Below are positions 57,078-64,000 of a stretch of DNA of 64,000 nucleotides, in pieces. The stretch is from a virus. Below the pieces are notes generated by a model that was not told the origin of the DNA, did no database searches, and saw only the letters and a list, made by a program, of their open reading frames with translations. The stretch is taken from IMG/VR virus record IMGVR_UViG_2654588027_000001; one strand, 5' to 3'. Made by a program: the position numbers and the translations under genes. The number at the start of each line of letters is the position of its first letter. The stretch's first letter is position 1.

Positions 57078-59579
57078 TCAGTTATTTAAGATGCAGGTTG
57101 TGGATAACCTATAAGCACCAGAAATATCCGTTTTTTCTGGTAGAACTACATTAGATGAACATGATTGATTTTTATCTCTCCCCCACTTAACAAGTATTTT
57201 TGATTTTTTAGGTAGTCCAGTCAAATAGACACCGCTATTATCTCCGACAATGCCAGAGCTGGATGATTGCCCTTCAATGGTAACTATAGAACCAAATGGA
57301 ACAGGTTTATTGTCAGAGCGTTTTAAATGTAAAAACAATCGTCCACCAATCCTTGCGTTAAATTTTGCTAATACTACAGCTCCCTTTGTCGGGATCACGC
57401 TAACAATATTATTTGTTATCTCTGCATCATTGGGTAAAGTAACTGGGTTAATTTCTACCTTATTCTCTCTGTAAGGGGTTAAGTAACCATAATTGGTGTA
57501 CCCCCTAAAGTCTGTTTTCATGCCTGGCCAGTATCCCACTGAAGCACCGCTTATATCAGGGGCTTGTACTAATGCAATAGTATCTCCAGTTTTTTGGCCA
57601 GCCGTTATACCGTACTGAGTTATTACCATATTGCCATTTACACCTATACCAAGTTGGCTTTGGGTTTGATCGTAGCTGTAGTTACCACTGATCTCCCCAT
57701 AAGTTCCTCGATAATTCAAATTCAGTGCATTGGAGGTATATTTTCTGCCCTTTTCATTAAAACGTTCGCGAACGTCCCAGTATAATTGGCGATCAAAGGC
57801 TTCACCGTACACACCTACCTCATGGGTAGTGTTACCATGAGAATCTGATGTCATTTGGTAATTTGAATTTATTGAGTTATTACCTAGCCAGCGACTGAGA
57901 GGAAAACTCAACCAGATATTAGATAATAGCTCACTAGTTTTTTCTCCATACTTATTGATATTCTGTGTCTTCGATAAATTTAAAGTCAATGACATACCAT
58001 TCCTAAAAAAATGGTTATAGCCTACAGAAAAAGAAGTTGTGCTCCTACTGTCACGCCAATAGTTTTTTCTGTAGCCACTGAAATTAAGCGTCCCCGAACC
58101 AGGTATGCTTTGACTTAAATTGAATTGCACTTTGTTTTTGGGTTTAGCATAATCAAAACGGCAATCGTTTCTAGTATTAGGTTTACAATAAGTATTTAAC
58201 GTGTCAGCGAGTTTGTTAAATCCTTCTGTGGCGTATTCCTCGCTAGCAATGTTTAACGATGTTCCACTCTGCAAGTACTTATTATATCGAACGCGCCAAC
58301 GTTGGCCGCTTTCTTTTTTTTGTTTATTTTTCTGGCTGTCTGCTTGAGTAACATCTGTAGATATGGCACCAAAATCACCCAACATAGCACCGATACCCAG
58401 AGCTGCGGCATGATAATTTTGGGACCCTTGTAGTCCACCATATAACGTAAGATTCCTTGGCAAACCATATTTCATCCCAAGAGCGCCAACATACGATGTT
58501 TGTGTAAGATCATTAGCTGGACGATATTCTCCCCCCATCATTGAATATTCGAAATAGCCCTTCCGTAATGCCACTGCTGGTGTGTCATATGGAACTGTAA
58601 AAACTTGCTTTGTTCCATCACTTTCATGAATGATGACTTTCAGCTCACCACTCCCCCCACCCAGAGGAAGATTTGCTAACTCAAATGGTCCCGAGGGCAC
58701 CAACTCATTACTTACAGTGTAGCCATCTCTTAAAACCTCTACCCTGGCTTGTGTACGTGCGATACCGCGAACAACTGGAGCAAAATTCCATTGGTAATAA
58801 GGAACCATCGATTCATCTGAAGCAATTTTTATCCCCTTAATCGGGATACTGTCAAAGATACTGCTATCAGAATAGGTTTCCCCCAATGTCAAACGGCTCT
58901 TAATTGTATTCAATCCTCGCTCGGCATAAATATACGAACGCTGCCATCCTTGTTGTTTCCACCATGAGGTTGAACTACGAAAGCGCCAAGCCCCTATGTT
59001 TAATCCCGGTTGCAACTGAGCATAATAAGAGTCCAGAGACTTGCCTCCTTCTCTGAATTTTCTTGTCTGCATGTTCGTATTATAATTCATGAACAGAGCA
59101 GGAATGCCGTCATCCCACAATTGCATTGGCATAATGCCATCAAATCTAGGTAAAAGTGCCTGTGGTGGCACAATTAACGATAATTTCTGCTGATTAAAAT
59201 AAAACTGCACATCTGAATGTGGTATTGCTAATAAATCAACACATTGCTCTGTACCAGATTTTATTAAATCAGGATATTTATCTATATCAATGCCATACTT
59301 TGTCAATTGTAAGGATGATAGGCATGGCCAAAGAAGTTCTTTTCCATTATGTTTTTCTAGACGGAAGTCGATATTTCCAGAGTCTACCTTTCGACCATTT
59401 ACAAAAACATTAACAAAATAATTACCTGGAAGTTGAAGTCCTTGATTAAAAAGAGATACATCTATACTCTCTCCACTATTCGTATCAAGCATAGTAGAGT
59501 CAAAAGTATATGCGCGTCCCCAACAAGGCAATGTTGCCAAAGTTAACCCTGCACACAGGAACAGCTTTGAATACCTCAT
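57078..59579 (-). CDS. caf1A: Outer-membrane usher Caf1A
   Basis: 833 aa, PapC-type usher, adjacent to chaperone and subunit. Confidence 0.85.
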   Translation of the reverse strand: MRYSKLFLCAGLTLATLPCWGRAYTFDSTMLDTNSGESIDVSLFNQGLQLPGNYFVNVFVNGRKVDSGNIDFRLEKHNGKELLWPCLSSLQLTKYGIDIDKYPDLIKSGTEQCVDLLAIPHSDVQFYFNQQKLSLIVPPQALLPRFDGIMPMQLWDDGIPALFMNYNTNMQTRKFREGGKSLDSYYAQLQPGLNIGAWRFRSSTSWWKQQGWQRSYIYAERGLNTIKSRLTLGETYSDSSIFDSIPIKGIKIASDESMVPYYQWNFAPVVRGIARTQARVEVLRDGYTVSNELVPSGPFELANLPLGGGSGELKVIIHESDGTKQVFTVPYDTPAVALRKGYFEYSMMGGEYRPANDLTQTSYVGALGMKYGLPRNLTLYGGLQGSQNYHAAALGIGAMLGDFGAISTDVTQADSQKNKQKKESGQRWRVRYNKYLQSGTSLNIASEEYATEGFNKLADTLNTYCKPNTRNDCRFDYAKPKNKVQFNLSQSIPGSGTLNFSGYRKNYWRDSRSTTSFSVGYNHFFRNGMSLTLNLSKTQNINKYGEKTSELLSNIWLSFPLSRWLGNNSINSNYQMTSDSHGNTTHEVGVYGEAFDRQLYWDVRERFNEKGRKYTSNALNLNYRGTYGEISGNYSYDQTQSQLGIGVNGNMVITQYGITAGQKTGDTIALVQAPDISGASVGYWPGMKTDFRGYTNYGYLTPYRENKVEINPVTLPNDAEITNNIVSVIPTKGAVVLAKFNARIGGRLFLHLKRSDNKPVPFGSIVTIEGQSSSSGIVGDNSGVYLTGLPKKSKILVKWGRDKNQSCSSNVVLPEKTDISGAYRLSTTCILNN

Positions 59580-59603
59580 TATTCCCGTCCCCTTTAAACA
59601 TCA

Positions 59604-60380
59604 TCATAAAGTCACATTTTTGGAATACAAACGATCCAACCCTCCCTGATCATTAATTATTCTCCACGAAACATTACGTGCTCCCGCTAGTCCTTTTGGC
59701 AAATCAAAAGCCCACGTCGATTTAGGTGGAATATAGTGAGAAGGAATACTTTTCCCTCCAAATGTTAATTCACCTATGTTCATGTAGAAAGGTGAGGGGT
59801 TTTCAGCAATTAGCTTCCCCCCATCAACTTTCCAGCTTAAGTTTTCAGCAAACTGTATAGGGGTTCCTTTTAATTCATTCGGTCGAACCAAAAGCTTAAT
59901 GCAATTATTAATTGCGAATTGCACGAACACTCCCACATCTTTGTCTGGATTGAATTTTTGCTTATTTGTCGCATCATCAACCCATATATCTTCATCCTTT
60001 GGTGGAATCCCTTTTACGCATAACCACTTTAGGCTCTCTTTATCTCGCGGGAAAACACCTCCAGCCTGAGCTATACGCAAAGAATTTTGTTGCTTAGCAT
60101 CCAATCGAAACAATGGCGGAGTGACCACGAAAGGATCCTCTGATTCTTTTTCTTTATTCTCGTCGTAGATCCTAGACTGAATGAGAACCGGATAATCTTG
60201 GGTGTTTTTCACCGAGACCATAACGCCAGCAGCATCTAACGGGTATATGATCCTACTCTCACCTATAGTCACGCCATACTCTTTGCTTGCGAATTTGATA
60301 TCTGGTTGAGCAGAGTTCGCAGCAAAACTAAGCATGCCGAAAGTAATAATTCCTAACGTACTTAATCTATTTAAAATCAT
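59604..60380 (-). CDS. caf1M: Periplasmic chaperone Caf1M (PapD-like)
   Basis: PapD-like Ig-fold chaperone. Start chosen at MILNRLSTLG; the ORF extends to 60413. Confidence 0.85.
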   Translation of the reverse strand: MILNRLSTLGIITFGMLSFAANSAQPDIKFASKEYGVTIGESRIIYPLDAAGVMVSVKNTQDYPVLIQSRIYDENKEKESEDPFVVTPPLFRLDAKQQNSLRIAQAGGVFPRDKESLKWLCVKGIPPKDEDIWVDDATNKQKFNPDKDVGVFVQFAINNCIKLLVRPNELKGTPIQFAENLSWKVDGGKLIAENPSPFYMNIGELTFGGKSIPSHYIPPKSTWAFDLPKGLAGARNVSWRIINDQGGLDRLYSKNVTL

Positions 60381-60570
60381 GAGCTTAACCTCCTTACGGA
60401 ATGGTGACAACACCTTCCCACCCCCTCCCCATCATTTCATATCGACGATATGCGTAAAAAGGTGGGTAACAAATGAAGGGGATTTTTATATCCGTAGCAC
60501 AGCCTCACTGAGAACAATTTTATTTAAAAATGCACACAAAGTTTAGCTTTTCGCGCACTCCACTTGCTTG

Positions 60571-60656
60571 TTGCGCAAATAGCTAATTTTGATATTGATG
60601 CGCGTGCACAAATAGCTAAGATTGGTGTTGCTGGGTATGCGCAAATAGCTAAGTCC
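60571..60656. promoter_or_regulatory. Three direct repeats GC(G/A)CAAATAGCTAA, about 33 bp apart, in the caf1M-caf1R divergent intergenic region
   Basis: TTGCGCAAATAGCTAA (60571), GTGCACAAATAGCTAAG (60604), ATGCGCAAATAGCTAAG (60637). Confidence 0.5.
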
Positions 60657-60689
60657 CGGCGCCGGCCCACTATCTAGAATGCTATTATT

Positions 60690-61613
60690 TTGATTTGGGT
60701 TATATTCATGCTAAAACAGATGACTGTAAATTCAATTATTCAATATATAGAAGAGAATCTCGAGTCGAAATTCATTAACATTGACTGTTTGGTTTTGTAT
60801 TCAGGATTCAGCAGAAGGTATTTGCAAATTTCCTTTAAGGAATATGTCGGAATGCCTATTGGAACATATATTAGAGTTAGAAGGGCTAGTAGAGCTGCTG
60901 CACTATTACGGCTTACCAGGCTGACAATAATAGAGATATCAGCAAAGCTTTTTTATGATTCGCAACAGACATTCACCAGAGAATTTAAGAAAATATTTGG
61001 TTATACCCCACGGCAGTATAGGATGATCCCTTTTTGGTCCTTTAAAGGTTTGTTGGGTAGAAGGGAAATTAACTGTGAATACCTTCAACCACGAATCTGT
61101 TACCTTAAAGAGAGAAATATAATTGGTCAATGCTTTAATTTTAGGGATTTAGTGTTCTACTCTGGGATAGATTCAAAATGTAGATTGGGTAAGTTATATG
61201 ATTCGTTGAAGAAAAATACAGCTATAACAGTATCAAACAGAATCCCCTTTCATGATAAAACGAATGACATTATTGCAAGAACGGTTGTTTGGGATAGGAA
61301 TAAGCATTTCAGCGATAGTGAAATAAAGGTAGATAAAGGCCTGTATGCTTATTTTTTCTTCAATGATACATATGATCAGTATGTTCATCACATGTACAAC
61401 ATATATTATAACTCTTTGCCTATTTATAATTTAAATAAGCGGGATGGTTACGATGTGGAGGTCATAAAAAGACGAAATGACAATACTATTGATTGTCATT
61501 ATTTTCTCCCGATTTATTGTGATGACATGGAGTTTTACAATGAAATGCAGGTATATCACAATAATATTGTGAAGCCGGAAATGTCAGTAACATTAGGATT
61601 ACCAAAGAGTTAA
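60690..61613 (+). CDS. caf1R: AraC-family regulator Caf1R (N-terminal HTH, Rob-like architecture)
   Basis: AraC HTH in the first ~110 aa (YLQISFKEYVGMPIGTYIRVRRASRAAALL ... FTREFKKIFGYTPRQYR). Start may be the downstream MLKQM. Confidence 0.8.
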   Translation: MIWVIFMLKQMTVNSIIQYIEENLESKFINIDCLVLYSGFSRRYLQISFKEYVGMPIGTYIRVRRASRAAALLRLTRLTIIEISAKLFYDSQQTFTREFKKIFGYTPRQYRMIPFWSFKGLLGRREINCEYLQPRICYLKERNIIGQCFNFRDLVFYSGIDSKCRLGKLYDSLKKNTAITVSNRIPFHDKTNDIIARTVVWDRNKHFSDSEIKVDKGLYAYFFFNDTYDQYVHHMYNIYYNSLPIYNLNKRDGYDVEVIKRRNDNTIDCHYFLPIYCDDMEFYNEMQVYHNNIVKPEMSVTLGLPKS

Positions 61614-62127
61614 TTATTTTGGATTTCACAGCGTTGAGGCCACTGAACCGATTTATGTTCGACCCAACATATTGATCAGTCACTACAGTTCTGTGGAATC
61701 ACCTGTATGATTAAAAGAAAAAACAGTGACCTCAACGTTGTGCGCTGGCTAACCGAGCCAGCCGGGTTACGTCGCCGCTTTTAACCCAAGATTAAACGAC
61801 ATAAGTAATGGAAATGACGTAACAGGATGGACGGTCAGCTGGCTGAAACCGGGATGATGGAATGGAATGAGGAAACCAACCGCCCATCCTGTTACTTCAT
61901 CGAATAGGGCATGGGTGGTGCAACATGCCCTATCCTGCGTTCTGCAATCACACTCGCTCAGTGTGTCCCATTTCGGTGACGAGGCTGGAAACTGACCTCG
62001 CTGGTGTTTGGCTTCTTAGGCTACTGCCAGGTACGTATCTTCGTTTGCAGTTATATTTAACGTTCAAACAGTCGCGTCCCAACGAAAACAAATGAATCTT
62101 ATACATAATAGATAAGTAAGTAAATAC

Positions 62128-62433
62128 TTATTTGTCTGTGACTCGTTCAGTTGCTATCTTTTTGATCAAACTCACCTTCTGTTCCGGCGTTCTCGTGATG
62201 ATGGCGGTAAAACGCTTCGCTTGAATAGTGATAGTTTCGTTCTCCTTGAGTTCGCCGTAGTGAGTCTCCAGCAGAGAACCCAGGCGCCACAGACCGTCAT
62301 CTATGCGTTTATGGCTGGCAAATCTGATCAGCAATAGCTTCACGATTAACTGACCAACGTAAAAGGCATATCCGAAGCCGGCCGCCACAAGGTAGGTTGC
62401 CAGCCACCAGTCGAAAGAGGTCAAATTGCTCAT
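62128..62433 (-). CDS. Membrane protein (101 aa, two hydrophobic helices)
   Basis: Hydrophobic N-terminus WWLATYLVAAGFGYAFYVGQLIVKLLLI. Confidence 0.4.
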   Translation of the reverse strand: MSNLTSFDWWLATYLVAAGFGYAFYVGQLIVKLLLIRFASHKRIDDGLWRLGSLLETHYGELKENETITIQAKRFTAIITRTPEQKVSLIKKIATERVTDK

Positions 62434-62578
62434 TTCTGCACTCCTGTCTCGTGAACAACCCGATACAGACGCTTACCGATGCGAAGCGTTTTGGTTTTCA
62501 GTTCCTGCCTGACCAGATCGCGACAGATACTGAAGCCGAGGGCCACGCCCCCAGCAAAAGATAATGTGATGTATGGAA

Positions 62579-62794
62579 TCATTGGAACGCACCAGCCTCA
62601 GTCAATTGCTGCAACAGTGAGTGTCCTTTTTCAGTGAGTTGATAGTTCTCCAAGCATCCCTTTGGCGAAACGTTAGCGACAAGATTCATGCGTTCCAGTT
62701 TGGCGCGGGTCTTTGGCTTCCAGTTAGCGTAGAACTCCTTCCACTGGCTGATTTCACGCAGGGTTTCCTTCTCCCGTTTACTTAACATGATCAT
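62579..62794 (-). CDS. Small hypothetical protein
   Basis: 71-aa ORF. Confidence 0.35.
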   Translation of the reverse strand: MIMLSKREKETLREISQWKEFYANWKPKTRAKLERMNLVANVSPKGCLENYQLTEKGHSLLQQLTEAGAFQ

Positions 62795-62952
62795 CCTTAA
62801 TCTCCTTCAGTGTGTACGTGATATCTACAATGCGGTAAATGCGGCCGCGCCTCTGCATGACACCGGCTTTTACGTAATCGTTGATGCAGCTGGACATAAC
62901 CAGACTGCCGATAACAATGCCGACAACCAAAAATACAATCATCCAGCCGAAC
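62776..62952 (-). CDS. Small single-TM membrane protein (58 aa), below the ORF-track cutoff
   Basis: Manual translation MFGWMIVFLVVGIVIGSLVMSSCINDYVKAGVMQRRGRIYRIVDITYTLKEIKDDHVK. Its ATG overlaps the ligase stop (TGATG). Confidence 0.3.
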
Positions 62953-62953
62953 A

Positions 62954-63991
62954 TCAGTCTTTATCTCCAATACGATCTTCGGTATCACGCAGACATTTCG
63001 GCCACTTCAGACGAGGGTGACGTAAGCTACCGTCTGGCGTTTTCTCATGGCAGTGAACCTCGACGATGCGTCCACGATATTTCTCCTGATTGTTCCAGAT
63101 CTCATCCAGGTACTTATGTTTGATACCGCTGGCACGAACGATGACGCCGTTCTCCAGACGAATCACTATCTTGCCTAGCGTATGCGCAAAGCCAGAGTCC
63201 GGGTCGCCTGGCTCGAAGTCGATGATTTCACCGTCTTCGGAATCCTCGTCTTTCAGCTTCCACCAGCTGCGGGTACGCTTGAACTCGTAAACAGAATCCG
63301 GATCTTTGCCCATCTCCCCCTCTTCATTCTCATCCAGGCGCTTCATGAAGCGTTCGATAAAGTCTTCATGGCTATGGATGATGTAGAACGGATGCAGGTG
63401 GATATCTTGCGCGTAATCTTCCCCGCAAGTGTTGCGGAACAATGACACCAGCATAGCCAGGCGCTCTTTCAGCTTCATACCGGTCTTCAGGTACTCTTTG
63501 CTTTTTGCCTGAGCACGCCACTCTGGTAAGAAGAAATCGAAGATGTGGTAAACGGCACCAATGGCTTTCACGTTCTTCTTGCGAAGCGCCGACACGGACT
63601 GGTTGAACGTACCTGCAGTACCCTCACCATCGAAGAAGATGTGCTTGAAACCGGAGAGCCGGCCACGCTCCAGCATGGCCGGTTTAAGGTGATCGAGTGA
63701 CGTAATCGGATTGCCGATGCGCGTCAGGAAGTTCACCTCTTCCTCATCCACGATGACTTCGCAGATAACCCGGAGACCATCGAGTTTGAGGCTGCCGATC
63801 ATTGGCCACTTGGCCTTTGGGTTTGGTTTAAATGGGTATTTGTCGCCTTTCTCCTTGTACGGAGACGCCAGCTGTACCTCAAACTTCGGAATTGGGTTTT
63901 CGAACACCTTGTTGCACAGACTGATACCGACACCGGCTTTCGGATCTTTCAGTAGGAAGCGACGAAACACGTCCTGCCCGTCAGCGCACAT
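62954..63991 (-). CDS. ATP-dependent DNA ligase (T7-like); true start may lie beyond the window end
   Basis: Motif I SLKLDGLRV (KxDG), FDGE, EGEMGKD, WWKLK. C-terminal EKTPDGSLRHPRL parallels T7 ligase EETPDGSLRHPSF. Confidence 0.8.
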   Translation of the reverse strand: MCADGQDVFRRFLLKDPKAGVGISLCNKVFENPIPKFEVQLASPYKEKGDKYPFKPNPKAKWPMIGSLKLDGLRVICEVIVDEEEVNFLTRIGNPITSLDHLKPAMLERGRLSGFKHIFFDGEGTAGTFNQSVSALRKKNVKAIGAVYHIFDFFLPEWRAQAKSKEYLKTGMKLKERLAMLVSLFRNTCGEDYAQDIHLHPFYIIHSHEDFIERFMKRLDENEEGEMGKDPDSVYEFKRTRSWWKLKDEDSEDGEIIDFEPGDPDSGFAHTLGKIVIRLENGVIVRASGIKHKYLDEIWNNQEKYRGRIVEVHCHEKTPDGSLRHPRLKWPKCLRDTEDRIGDKD

Positions 63992-64000
63992 TGAGGCAAC

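Noticed and set aside
61620-62090. Searched the gene-free stretches (this one and 55801-56484) for tRNA or tmRNA genes
   Set aside because: No T-loop-like GGTTCGANTCC or anticodon-arm pattern was found. The 60-aa hydrophobic ORF at 56031-56213 has no RBS and sits in AT-rich spacer, so I did not call it.

Overview
The window reads as a continuous piece of a large phage-plasmid. It has a lambda-like siphovirus virion module on the minus strand at 1-17934. The order is tail tip J (partial), I, K, L, M, tape measure, G/T chaperones, major tail V, head-tail joining proteins, Ig-like decoration protein, HK97-fold capsid, scaffold, portal, TerL and TerS. Scattered T4-style recombination and replication genes follow: a UvsW-like SF2 helicase, a RecA/UvsX-like recombinase, a gp32-like SSB, SbcC/SbcD (gp46/47-like), a FEN/RNase H-like 5'-3' exonuclease, a RuvC-like resolvase, an ATP-dependent DNA ligase and a DnaE-type Pol III alpha subunit. 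A CobS/CobT-like AAA+/VWA pair is also present. A P1-type plasmid replicon (RepA, 35966-36829) sits between a tandemly duplicated origin-like unit with iterons and a second iteron array. Cargo is embedded in this backbone: the complete caf1R-caf1M-caf1A-caf1 F1 capsule operon next to a tyrosine integrase and an XRE regulator, an IS200-family element, an orphan periplasmic substrate-binding protein, an AT-rich two-gene islet, and a HicAB-like pair. The Caf1 subunit and chaperone match what I remember of Yersinia pestis Caf1 and Caf1M. Together with the gene content this points to a pMT1/pFra-like member of the SSU5/pHCM2 phage-plasmid group. That identification is from memory and needs a database search. 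Three things are not explained by ordinary annotation. Two families of short AT-rich dyad motifs recur in about 20 intergenic junctions. A tightly overlapping operon (two ParB-like proteins, a stand-alone ABC ATPase, a small protein, a GNAT-like protein and a wHTH protein) sits upstream of the terminase genes. The gp32-like SSB, the K tail-assembly gene and the G/T chaperone all show frame discontinuities.
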